A DNA stretch of 64,000 nucleotides from Raja brachyura (taxonomy: Eukaryota): contig OY740781.1 of NCBI GenBank assembly GCA_963514005.1, positions 30,132,001 through 30,196,000 on the forward strand, written 5' to 3'. The stretch's first letter is position 1. Each line of letters opens with the position of its first letter. Under the pieces are notes generated by a model that saw only the letters and a list, made by a program, of their open reading frames with translations, made no database searches and was not told the DNA's origin. The translations under genes were made by a program, and so were the position numbers. Positions 38,930 to 50,770 of this stretch are shown here, piece after piece.

Positions 38930-39821
38930 CTGCAAAATAAATACAGATCCATTATATTAAAACACCAATTTCAGCATTGTATGATTTTTTAAAATTATTA
39001 CCTCATACCAAGTTCAAATCTATATTTTTATTGGCACAGATATACTTTGTAAATTAACATTTCAAACAGAAATCCATAGCTAAATATTTATAATTACAGA
39101 GCCCTCTCCAACTGTTAGCAGTTTATTACATTTTGTTAATGATCCAGAAAAGACATTTAGTTTTGTCATTATTCAGGATTGTCTGCTGTCTCAAACTTCA
39201 CTGCAATATTTTAACAATCACATACCCCAACACAAAATTATTTTGGGTCATATTTTAACCATGAATAAACATTGGAGTGGATTTGAGCTACATTAGGTAT
39301 TGTGTCATTTATTCAATGTATTGCTGTTAAACTAAATCAGATGGTTTCAAAAGTCATGGCTTGAATTGGCTATTTCAGCATTTGAAATATATATTTCAAC
39401 TATATCTTTATATTCTAAGCAAGTGCAATTTGCAACATTTTCCAGCATGCAATCTGACCATCAGTACGAGTTTTAACATCACATAATCAAATGATTTGTA
39501 AATTGGAAACTAAATGATCAAAATAAATCATTATAGTTTCTATGCATTAAATAAAAATCTTCCTCGAATAACCAATTAATATAGAAACCTAACAGTGTAT
39601 TTGCATATGTAGAAAATTACAATGAAAATATTGTTTATAAACATTTCCCGGTAATGATGTGGTGGATGAGCTCAAGAAAGCTTCTGGTCCCTGAATTCCA
39701 CTGCCACCTTATAACATAAAATATCAATTGACCTGAGTATTTTTACTAGGTTAAATATCTCAAAAGTGTGTATTTCTGTTATGATTAGTGTACAATTAGA
39801 CAATGCTGGTGACCTAGCATC

Positions 39822-41100
39822 TTTTTTTAAAAAATAATATTTTTATTAGAAGCATATGCATATCATAATCAAAACACATTTTGTTTATCAATTACATATT
39901 GTTAATAGTTGGGATACCAGCTATCAAAATAGTTGGGGTCCTCGTTTATCAATTACATATTAACACAGCTTCTATTTGTTTTTTTTATAGATAGTAAGAA
40001 AGGAGAAAAAAAAAAAGTTTAAAAAAATAGAATAAATTACCAATAATACAACTTTGGAGATAGGTCCGTAGATTATAAAACATAACTATTCATAAAAAAC
40101 ATTATAAAACATAACTATTGCAAATAATTCCGGTTTGTCAATTAAGACAAGTCTAGTTCTTTCCAAATGTAAGGTCTCCGACATGTCCATAATCCACATT
40201 TTAATTGTGGGGGTTGTTGGGTTTTTCCAAAATTTTAACATTAATTTTTTCCCAGTTATTATACTAAAATCAAGGAAGTTTATTTGGCTTGTTGTAAGTT
40301 TTAGGCTTTGTTCTGATATTCCTAATATTATTCGTTTTGAGTCGGGATCCAATTGGATATTAACAACCAGAAATTATTCTAAAAATAGCCGTCCAGAAAT
40401 TTTTGATTTTTATACAATTTACAAAAATATGAGTTAAATTAGCCTCTGAATATTGACATTTATCAGAGATAGGGGAGGTATGTGGAAAAATTATATTTAA
40501 TTTTGTTTTCGAGTAATGCAGTCTATGTAGTACTTTAAATTGTATTAAAGAAAGTCTGGCATTTAACGAGCATTGACGTATATGTTGTAGACTTTCGTCC
40601 CAAATATCTTTCATTATAGGTTGATCTAATTCATTTTCCCATGCTTGTCTATATAATTCCATCGACGGGACCTCACTATCTAAAAGTATTATAAATGTGA
40701 GATGTTAATTTATCTATATTAGGATGTTTATTCAAACATTCATCAAGTCGATGGCTCTCTAGTTCTATATTCTTGTGTGTGTGATTTAAGTTGTAAATAT
40801 CTAAAGTTCTCTAAGTTGTAAATATCTAAAAAAAAAATTTGAATGTAGTCCATAATTCTGTTGTAACTCCTGAAATGAAAGAAAAATATTTTCTATAAAG
40901 ATGTCCCACCTTTTTAATTCCATAATTTTTCCATTGTATAAAATCTTTATCCAACACAGAGGGTATAAATAAAGGGTTATTTACAATGGGGAGAAAAATT
41001 GATAAATTATCCAATTTTAAAGTTTTTTAATTGTTTCCAAATTCGTATACCACTATTACATTATAGGATTTTCACTATAGGTTTTAATTAAGTTTTGTGG
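39822..41100 (-). mobile_element. L1-clade LINE 3' fragment
   Basis: IQFKVLHRLHY..CQYSEANLTHIFVNC (C-terminal zinc-knuckle region); AATAAA and A-rich tail near 39825-39850. Confidence 0.8.
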
Positions 41101-41854
41101 GAGTGATCTAACATCTTTAAATGTAGATTATCTATATTACTAAAATTATTTGCTTGTGTGTATGTATGTGGCATCTGGGCACAATCCGGTTAATCCCTAT
41201 TTTCTTCCAAACTTTCTTCCACGGCCTTCCCATTTTCTTCCACAGCCTTCCCATTTTCACACATCCTACTCACATTTTCCCCTGAAGGTGACAAACATCT
41301 TCCCGTCGCATTTCAACCTATATTTCTGAACTTTTTGACAACTTCAAATTTAAAAAACAGCCCAATCTCACCCATTTTGAGAGAAACAAATCCGACTGAC
41401 GTCACAATGCACTCGCAAGGCAGGACGGGACACTCCGGGAGGAAGGGGCCCTCCAGCGCTCGTGGCGAACGAGGAGTGGCAACGGCTGCCGGCCGCCCGG
41501 TGCCTGGTGGAGAGGCTGCTGCCGCGGCCCGAGCCTGGCAAATGTGCCTGTGCTGGGGCTCAGCCTGGAGCTGGAGTGAGGCCCAAGCCCGGGGCTTGGG
41601 ATGGGACCGTGACCGGGGTCAAGAACGAAGCCACCGGTGGAGCCAGGACGAGCCTGGGTCCAGGGTCAGGGACGGTGAAGTCGGAACCTGCACTGGAGCC
41701 CAGGCGACGGCCAAGCTGATGGCTGGAGGCTGCCACTGGAACCAAGGACAAGCCTGGGCCTGGACTGCAGCCCAGGTGGCCACCAAGCTGTCGGTTGGAG
41801 CTGCCGCTGGAACCAAGAACAAGCCTGGGTCTACAGCCAGCGCTGGGTCGAGTA

Positions 41855-43093
41855 TCTAAATAGCGTCAAGTTGGGAAAAGGGGAAGTACAACGGGATCTG
41901 GGGGTCTTTATACATCAGTCTATCAAAGTAAAGGGCCTGTCCCACCAGCATGCAACTGCACGCGACAAGCACGACCAAACATGGTGGCTTGAGGCGTACG
42001 GCCTCGTGAGGCCGGTCCTACTTCCAACCGCGGAGCTGGACGGAGCTGGTCCCGACATCATACTTACCAATCAGCTGGGCAGGAGGCGGGCCGACTGAAT
42101 TTGGACGTCGCACGGCGTCGGGCGTGGACGTCATCACGCAATGGCACGGGCTAGGGGTACGGCGTCAAGATGATGCGTACACATGTCGAGACGCTGCGTA
42201 CGGCCTCCGCGGCTGCGGGCCGACAGGCCATTGACGCGCAGGATTTTTGAACAGGGTCAGTTTTTCGGAGCCCCGCGCGATGTCGGGACCAACCCCGTAC
42301 AACTCCATACGGCTCCAGCGATCGAAGTGGGACCAGCCCCACGAGGCCTTACGCCTCAAGCGACCACGTTAGGTCGCGCTTGCCGCATGCAGTCGCATGC
42401 TGGTGGGAAAGGCCCTTAAGCATGCAGATACAGCAGGCAGTGAAGAAAGCGAATGGCATGTTGGCCTTTATAACAAGAGGAATCGAGTATAGGAGCAAAG
42501 AGGTCCTTCTGCAGTTGTACAGAGCCCTAGTGAGACCACACCTGGAGTATTTTGTGCAGTTTTGGTCCCCTAATTTGAGGAAGGACATTCTTGCTATTGA
42601 GGGAGTGCAGCGTAGGTTTACAAGGTTAATTACCGGGATGGCGGGACTGTCATATGCTGAGAGAATGGAGCAGCTGGGCTTGTACACTCTGGAGTTTAGA
42701 AGGATGAGAGGTTATCTCATTGAAATATATAAGATTGTTAAGGGCTTGGACACGCTACAGGCAGGAAACATGTTCCCGATGTTGGTGGGGTCCAGAACCA
42801 GGGGCCACCATTTAAGAATAAGGAGTAAGCCATTTAGAACGGAGACGAGGAAACACTTTTTCTCACAGAGAGTGGTGAGTCTGTGGAATTCTCTGCCTCA
42901 GAGAGCGGTGGAGGCAGGTTCCCTGGATGCTTTCAAGAGAGAGCAAGATAGGGCTCTTAAAAATAGCGGAGTCAGGGCATATGGGGAGAAGGGAGGAACG
43001 GGGTACTGATTGGGGATGATCAGCCATGATCACATTGAATGCCGGTGCTGGCACGAAGGGCCGAATGGCCTACTCCTGCACCTATTGTCTATT
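41855..43093 (+). mobile_element. CR1 3' fragment (contains MITE)
   Basis: KKANGMLAFI..RPHLEY..WNSLP; TSD GAGTA at 41850-41854 and 43094-43098. Confidence 0.9.
41932..42416. mobile_element. PIF/Harbinger-type MITE
   Basis: TAA TSD (41929-41931, 42417-42419); imperfect TIRs of >100 bp beginning AGGGCCTGTCCCACC. Confidence 0.88.
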
Positions 43094-43925
43094 GAGTACG
43101 AGAACCAGGCTGAGTTCCAGTCCCTGGCGCTGCTCTACAACCTGAGTAGGTCCTGGGGCAGGGAATGGGAGTGAGAGGAGGAGGATGAGGGAAATGAGGA
43201 GGAGGGAGATGGGGTAGCGTTTCAACCCCTCTCCCTCTCAGCCCATTTCTACACTCCCTCTCTACTCCATTTCCCTCTCTAACTCCTTCCCCTCCCTCTC
43301 TACCCCTCACCCTCCCTCTCTATCCCCTCCCCCTACCTCTCGACTGCCTCCCTCTCTGCTGCCCCCCCTCTCTACCCCCCTCCCCCCCCCCCCCCCTCTA
43401 AGGAGTGGTGAGTATTGGGGTCTATGGGTGAGTGGTGGAATATTGCATTCGGGGACCAGCCCTCCCCTGTGAAGCCGCACCCCCCGCCCCTGGACCCACA
43501 TGGTCTAGTACATTTTAAAATCAACTTTGAAATATTTTTGAAAATAATTATTTGCAGCTTACATCAACAAAGTCCGTTAAACCCTTCTTTGAATCTCCTT
43601 TGCTTCCTATTCAAAATTCCATTTCTACTTTTTAAAATTTTAATTCATTTTAAAACTAAAGATTCTAGACATTCCTGAAACGGCAGTGCACGAATAGGTG
43701 AGCTATTTTCCATTCCTGGCAAATAGCAGGAAATACAATCAAGTAAAACTATGCAACCCTATGTAACTCTATGCCTCCGATACTTGAGTTCCCAGTGCGT
43801 ACTTTGGCATGTGCTAGGGTGGCAGGAAAATGGAATTTAGCCATAAATGCTGGATAGCAGGAACACAGGCAAGAAATTTTGATTTTAGGAAAGATATAAT
43901 GGGAGCCCAAGAGCAGTTAAAACAT

Positions 43926-45310
43926 CATAGAAACATAGAAAAATAGGTGCGGGGGTAGGCCATTCGGCCCTTCGAGCCCGCACCGCCATTCAACATGATC
44001 ATGGCTGATCATCCAACTCAATATCCCGTACCTGCCTTCTCTCCATACCCCCTGATCCCTTTAGCCACAAGAGCCACATCCAACTCCCTCTTGAATATAG
44101 CCAATGAACTGGCCTCAAAGACCTTCCGTGGCAGAGAATTCCAGAGACTCACCACTCTCTGTGTAAAGAATGTTTTCCCCAACTCGGTCCTAAAGGAATT
44201 CCCCCTTACCCTTAGACTGCGACGCCTTGTTCTGGACTCCCCCAACATCGGGAACAATCTTCCAGCATCTAGCTTGTCCAACCCCTTAAGAATTTTGTAA
44301 GTTTCTATAAGATCCCCCCTCAATCTTCTAAATTCCAGCGAGTACAAGCCGAGTCTATCCAGTCTTTCTTCATATGAAAGTCCCGACATCCCAGGAATCA
44401 GACTGGTGAACCTTTTCTGAACCCCCTCTTTGGCAAGAATGTCTTTCCTCAGATCTGGAGACCAAAACTGTACGCAATACTCCAGGTGTGGTCTCACCAA
44501 AACCCTGTACAACTGCAGTAGAACCTCCCTCCTCCTATACTCAAATTCTTTCGCTATGAATGCTAACATACCATTTGCTTTCTTCACTGCCTGCTGCACC
44601 TGCATGCCTACTTTCAATGACTGGTGTACCATGACACCCAGGTCTCGTTGCATTTCCCCTTTTCCTAATCTGCCACCATTCAGATAATAGTCTACCCTCA
44701 TGTTTTTGCCACCAAAGTGGATAACCTCACATTTATCCACATTATACTACATCTGTCATGCATCTGCCCATTCACTCAGCCCATCCAAATCACCCTGCAG
44801 CCTCCTAGCATCCCCCTCACACCTAACCATACCCCCCAGCTTGGTGTAATCTGCAAATTCGGAGATGTTGCATTCAATTCCCTCGTCCAAATCATTAATG
44901 TATATTGTGAATAGCTGGGGTCCCAGCACTGAGCCTTGTGGTACCCCCACTACTCACTGCCTGCCAGTCTGAAAAGGACCTGTTTACTCCTACCCTTTGC
45001 TTCCTGTCTGCCAGCCAGTTCTCTATCCACATCAATATTGAACCACCAATACTGTGTGCTTTAAGTTTCTATACTAATCTCTTATGTGGAACCTTGTCGA
45101 AAGCCTTCTGAAAGTCCAGATATAACACATCCACTGGTTCTCCCTTATCCACTCTACTAGTTACATCCTCGAAAAATTCTATAAGATTCGTCAAACATGA
45201 TTTATCTTTTGTAAATCCATGCTGACTTTGTCCAATGATTTCACCACTTTCCAAATGTGCTGCTATCCCATCTTTAATAACTGACTCTAGCAGTTTTCCC
45301 ACTACCGAAG
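43926..45310 (-). mobile_element. CR1 ORF2 RT/3' fragment
   Basis: QHGF..LDFQKAFDKV, VPQGSVLGP, FAD, RPHLEY; (TTTCTATG) tail. Confidence 0.93.
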
Positions 45311-45954
45311 TAGCCACCCGAGCTACTTCTCTCCCCCTCCCCTCCCCCCACCCCGGCGTCAATGCGGTGGCATTCCACGCCTCCGAGCAAGGAGCGTCGC
45401 AAGTGGCATTATCCCAATCCCCTCATTCATAACATTCGTGCCCTCCCCGCAACTTTACCCTGGGCCAGACTCCCCAAACGCTGTGAAAGGAGCTCTCCCC
45501 CCCACCCCCACACCCCGGGAAATACGGTATTAAAAAACATAAACACAAAATGTACTTACCACATTATTGGTACACGAGCTCCATTCTTCTCTCTTTGTTA
45601 CCTAACATACATTTAAAATATTGACAAACACTAGATGAACACCCCGCCAAGAAACTTGCACTGCGCATGCGCAGTAGACTGATGCGCATGCGCAGTACAG
45701 CAAAGGCAGAATTTCTGCTGCCTTCAGCCCTGCTTGAAACTGACGGCTTCAGGCAGCGCTGACGGCACGTGGGCTGCATAGAGCTTCCCGTGTTACAAGC
45801 ACTGCGGATGAAAGGCACGGAGAATTATGCCTACCTAAGCGATCGGTCTCTTACATAGGCATAATTCCCCATGCCTTTATTATTTATATTTAGTTATTAC
45901 TATGTTATAATTTTAGTCAGGGTAGGCAGTGCCTACCCTGACGGCACGTGCCTG
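45311..45954. mobile_element. Probable DNA-transposon (hAT-like) end rich in palindromes
   Basis: Ends ..GGCACGTGCCTG; perfect hairpin 45916-45942; two TGCGCATGCGCA. No partner TIR found. Confidence 0.35.
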
Positions 45955-45992
45955 CTGCTAACTAACCCTTCCTCATTACTCAATACCCAGTC

Positions 45993-46400
45993 TAGAAACA
46001 TAGAAACATAGAAAAATAGGTGCAGGAGTAGGCCATTCGGCCCTTCGAGTCTGCACCGCCATTCAATGTGATCATGGCTGATCATCCAACTCAGTATCCC
46101 GTACCTGCCTTCTCTCCATACCCCCTGATCCCTTTAGCCACAACTGCCACATCTAACGCCCTCTTAAATATAGCCAATGAACTGGCCTCGACTACCTTCT
46201 GTGGCAGAGAATTCCAGAGACTCACCACTCTCTGTGTAAAGAATGTTTTCCTCATCTCGGTCCTAAAGGAATTCCCCCTTATCCTTAGACTGTGACCCCT
46301 TGTTCTGAACATCGGGAACAATCTTCCAGCATCTAGCTTGTCCAACCCCTTAAGAATTTTGTAAGTTTCTATAAGATCCCCCCTCAATCTTCTAAATTCC
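45993..46400 (-). mobile_element. CR1 3' fragment
   Basis: RGDLIETYKILKG..WNSLP; (TTTCTATG)n tail. Confidence 0.9.
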
Positions 46401-46734
46401 CTCTACTATGCAATCATAACTTCATAGGTAATAGGAGCAGAATTAGGCCATTCGGCCCATCGTCTACTCCACCATTCAATCATGGTTGATCTATCTCTCC
46501 CTCTCAATCACATTCTCTTGCCTTCTCCCCATAACGCCCAACTAATCAAGTTTCTGTCAATCTCCGCCTTAAAAAAACCCAATGACGGCCTCAACATGGA
46601 ACTCTGTAGCAATAAATTCCATGTTATGAATCTCTACAAAAACTCTACTCAGGTATCCCAAAGCTTATCAATGTCTACGTGTTTACACCGTTTAACCTCC
46701 TGTAGACCCATTGTACTTAATTTTAGAGCGAGAT

Positions 46735-47000
46735 CGACCCGGTCGCAGGTGAGAACGCCCGGGTTGCAGGTGGGAACGACCGGGTTGCAGGTGGGGACAA
46801 CCGGGTTACAGGTGAGAACGACCGGGTTACAGGTGAGAACGGCTGGTTTACAGGTGAGAACGACCGGGTTACAGGTGAGAACGACCGGGTTACAGGTGAG
46901 AACGACCAGGTTACAGGTGAGAACGACCCGGTTACAGGTGAGAACGACCGGGTTGCAGGGGAGAACGACCCAGTTACAGGGGAGAATGACCCTGGTTACA
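46735..47000. repeat. 21-bp minisatellite, ~12 copies
   Basis: Consensus GGTTACAGGTGAGAACGACCG; further degenerate units at ~47187-47237 beyond a CR1 tail insertion. Confidence 0.93.
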
Positions 47001-47304
47001 TAGAAACATAGAAAATAGGTGCAGGAAGATGCCATTCGGCCCTTCGAGCCAGCACCGCCATTCATTATGATCATGGCTGATCGTCCCAAATCAATAACCC
47101 GTGCCTGCCTTCTCCCCATATCCCTTGATTCCACTAGCCCCAGGGAAGTCCACACAGATGTGGTCAGGATCGAACACATGTGGTCTGGTCGCAGGTGGGC
47201 ATGACCCAGGTTACAAGTGAGAACGACTTGGGTTACCCAGGTTGACCTGGTCCAGCCAGACGCCAGAGAGAGAGGGAGGGAGGGAAATGAACGTACTCAC
47301 GTTC

Positions 47305-48035
47305 ATGCATGAATAGCCTGCTCTCTCGTTGGTTCCTCCACATGCTGGTTTAGAAAACTATCCTGCATACATTCCAAGAAATCGTCTTCCTCGGCACCCC
47401 TGCCAATTTGATTCACCCAATCTGTACGCAGATTGAAGTCACCCATTATAACTGTGTTACCCTTGTTGCACACACTTCTAATTTTCTGTTTGATGCCATC
47501 CCCAACTCCAATACTACTGTTAGGTGGCCTGTACACAACTCCCACTAGCGTTTTCTGCCCCTTAGAGTTTCGCAGCTCTACCCATATCAATTCCACATCC
47601 TCCATGCTAATGTCCTTCCTTTCTATTGCATTAATCTCCTCTCTCACCAGCAACGCTGCCCCACATCCTTTTCCTTTCCGTCTATCCCTCCTGAATATTG
47701 TATATCCCTGGATGTTCAGCTCCCAGCCTTGGTCACCCTGGAGCCATGTCTCCGTGATCCCAACTATAGCATAGTCATTAATAGCTATCTGCACCTTCAA
47801 CTCATCCACCTTATTACGAATGCTCCTCGCATTGAGACACAAAGCCTTCAGGCTTGTTTTTACAACACTTTTACCCTTTATACAATTATGTTGACAAGTG
47901 GCCCCTTTTGATTCTTTTCCTGGATTTGTCTGCCAGCCACTATTAATTGTCACCTTGCTACCACTTGCTTCTATTGTCATTTTCTACCCCTCTTTCTCTC
48001 TGCTCACAACTTTAAGACACCCACCACCTCTTATT
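47305..48035 (-). mobile_element. CR1 ORF2 endonuclease fragment
   Basis: LNARSIRNK..ITETWL..YRPPN..MGDFN; nearly identical to 55350-55945. Confidence 0.92.
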
Positions 48036-49073
48036 CTTATCAATAGCAGCTTGGAAAATTCTTGGAATGGGAAGAATGGCATACAATGATTAAACAGGGC
48101 CTCGATTTGCCACCAGGACATACAACTGAATTCTCAAGCCACCAATAAGGCCAGCAAACCCATATCCCTCTAAAGTCTGCTCCACCTCACTTCATTATCT
48201 ACTGAACCTTACCAACTGGCACCCTCAGAATCTTTCCCTGCCATGCACACAGCCTTCTCTCTCTCTATCTCTATCTCCAGTTATCCCAGGATACCAAGAT
48301 CCATCTTACTATTTAAAAATGACTTGCAGTTATATAGTGCCTTTCATACACCTCTTAAAATACCCAAAAATACTTGTTGGTCAATGAAGTATTTATGCCA
48401 ACTGGTATAATTTACGACATGCAGCATCTATTTAACTTTTGGCAAGTTCCCATTAACAGCAATGTTATACCACTGGATAATCTGCTTCAGAAATGGATGG
48501 ATATGAGGCAGGATGTATAGGAACAGGCGATTTCCTGGTTGCTAAACATTTTAACTCCTCCTCCCATTCATATACTGACCTTTCAGTGCTGGGCATTCAT
48601 TGCAGCGTAAGAACACACGGACAGCACCTCATATTCTCCTTGGGTAGTTAATTTCGGTATCTTCTGCAAACTTACTAACCAACCCATCTACATTTTCGTC
48701 CAGGTCATTTCTATACATCACAAACAAGTGGTCTCAGCACTGATCCCTGTGGAACACCACAGGTCACCGACCTCCAGGCAAGATAATATCATTCCAACCT
48801 TCCCCTCTTCAATGCATAACCCAGTTCCGAATACAAACTACTAAATAACTGTGGATTCCATGAATTGCCTCAAAAAAAGTTATGCTGAACTGTCCCTGAT
48901 TAGCCCATTCCCATAGTCATACTGCGCGGAAATAGGCCCTTCGGCCCAACTTGCCCACACCGACCAACATGTCCCATCTACAATAGTCCCACCTGCCTGT
49001 GTTAGGCCCATATCCCTCTAAACCTTTCTAAATGTACCATGTACCTGTCTAAATGTTTCTTAGACGTTGCAAT

Positions 49074-49979
49074 AAGCAAATTCGGTATTCCGACTGTGCA
49101 TGCCCAGGTCACTATGCATAAACATTGCTGGAAATCAGTGGAGCTGTGTACATACACCTTAATTTCTTCCGTTTTTTCCAGCTTTGGTTCTTCTAGGTGG
49201 AAAATACTGTTTTCAAAACCATGAAATAGTTATATTTATTGTTCCTTTATTAAAAGCTAAGATTATTTCATCGTTTTTATTGCTTTATGCTTTGCTGAGT
49301 GAGCGAGATCGGACCCGGGTCTGCGGGCATTGTTGTGTTGCTGCTGGGCCGTCCCCGTCCCCTCTCAGGTGTCCGGGGGCAGCTGGAGGTGACGGGCCGG
49401 GCTTGCAGCTGGCGTGGGGAGAAGGCTGAGTTGCTGCAGCGCTTTGTGTGCATGGCTGGTGCTCGGTTTTCTCCGGCACCAGGGGGGGCTGGTTGGCAGT
49501 CCCCGGCCTGTTGGGGAGCGGGGTTGGGCTGGAGTTGGCACTTTTTCGCCGCGCTGGCTGTGGGCCTGTGGCCATTGGTGTCATCAGTCCGGGCTGTCGG
49601 TTGGCCCTGTGGGAGTTGACCTTCTTCTCCGTGCTGGCTGTGGGCTGGGGCCGTTGGTGTCGCCGGTCCGGGGCTGTCGGTTGGCCCGGCAGGGGTTGAC
49701 TGAAGAATTCTATTGCCTTAAAATTAGCAGAATTGTGGAATTTGACACAGAAACTATCATCGTTGTGTTCCAGTATGGAATACTTTAATTTTCCTTTTAT
49801 GTGACCACATGGCACCCCTGTTCCTCAGATTAAATATATTTTTACACATAAATTATGAATAAAGATAAGAATTTATACACAGTTTCTTCAGCCAGCGCTT
49901 CATTCGCTCTTTCTTTATGGTGAATGACCTTTGACAAATCCCATGATTCCTTGCGTTTTTCGGAATACCAAACCCGCTT
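49074..49979. mobile_element. Non-autonomous DNA transposon with apparent AT TSD (ISL2EU-like)
   Basis: Imperfect 20-bp TIR AAGCRRRTTYGGTATTCCGA; AT at 49072-49073 and 49980-49981; removal restores the CR1 3' sequence GTTGCAATAGTACC. Confidence 0.6.
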
Positions 49980-50254
49980 ATAGTACCTACCTGAACTTCC
50001 TTTCCAGCAGCTCATTCCATACAGCCACCACCCTATTAAATCTTTCCCCCGTCACCTTAAACCTATGTCCACTGATCCTCAATTCCCCTACTCTGAGCAA
50101 GACTCTGTGCGTCTATCTAATCTATTCCTCTCATGATTTCGTACATTATTTTCCAAAAATACGAGTAATTCTTATCCCTAAGAATCCTCTCCTTCCCAGT
50201 CGCTAACGTGAGGCTCACATACCTATAATTTCCTAGAGTACCCTTAATTGCTAT

Positions 50255-50770
50255 TGCTATTCTTGCTCTTGAGGGAGTGCAGCGTAGGTTCAGGTTAATT
50301 CCCGGGATGGCGGGAATGACATATGATCAAAGAATGGATCGACTGGGCTTCTATCCACTGGAATTTAGAAGGATTAGAGGGGATCTTATAGAAACATATA
50401 TCAAATTATTAAGGGATTGGACAGGCTAGATGCAGGTAAAATGTTCCCCATGTTGGGGGAGTCCAGAACCAGAGGTCACAGTTTAAGAAAAAGGGATAGG
50501 CCATATAGGACTGAGATGGGGAAAAACGTTTTCACCCAGAGAGTTGTGAATTTGTGGAATTCTCTGTCACAGATGGCAGTGGAGGCCAACTCACTGGATG
50601 TGTTCAAGAGAGAGTTGGATATAGCTCTTAGTGCTAATGGAATCAAGGGATATGGGAAGAAAGCAGGAATGGGGTACCGATTCAGGATGATCAGCCATTA
50701 TCATATTGAATGGCGGTGTTGGCTCAAAGTGCTGACTGGCCTACTCCTGCACTTATTTTCTATGTTTCTA
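50255..50770 (+). mobile_element. CR1 3' fragment
   Basis: RTRGHSL..WNSL; TTTCTATGTTTCTA tail. Confidence 0.88.

Larger units (their letters stand above)
41131..43508 (+). mobile_element. Non-autonomous Helitron-like element, interrupted by CR1
   Basis: A|TCTATATTACTAAAA start and ..GGTCTAG|T end (A/T target, no TSD); interior is contiguous across the GAGTA TSD of the CR1. Confidence 0.65.

Noticed and set aside
41837-41859. Apparent Helitron 3' end (CCAGCGCTGG palindrome + CTAA)
   Set aside because: The CTAA belongs to the inserted CR1 (starts 41855, GAGTA TSD); the better end is CTAG at 43505-43508.
46735-47000. CRISPR-like array or repeat protein
   Set aside because: Units are head-to-tail with no unique spacers, there are no cas genes, and the context is a vertebrate intron.
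49285-49815. Overlapping 80-176-aa GC-rich ORFs
   Set aside because: Low stop density in a GC-rich TE core; no recognisable domain.
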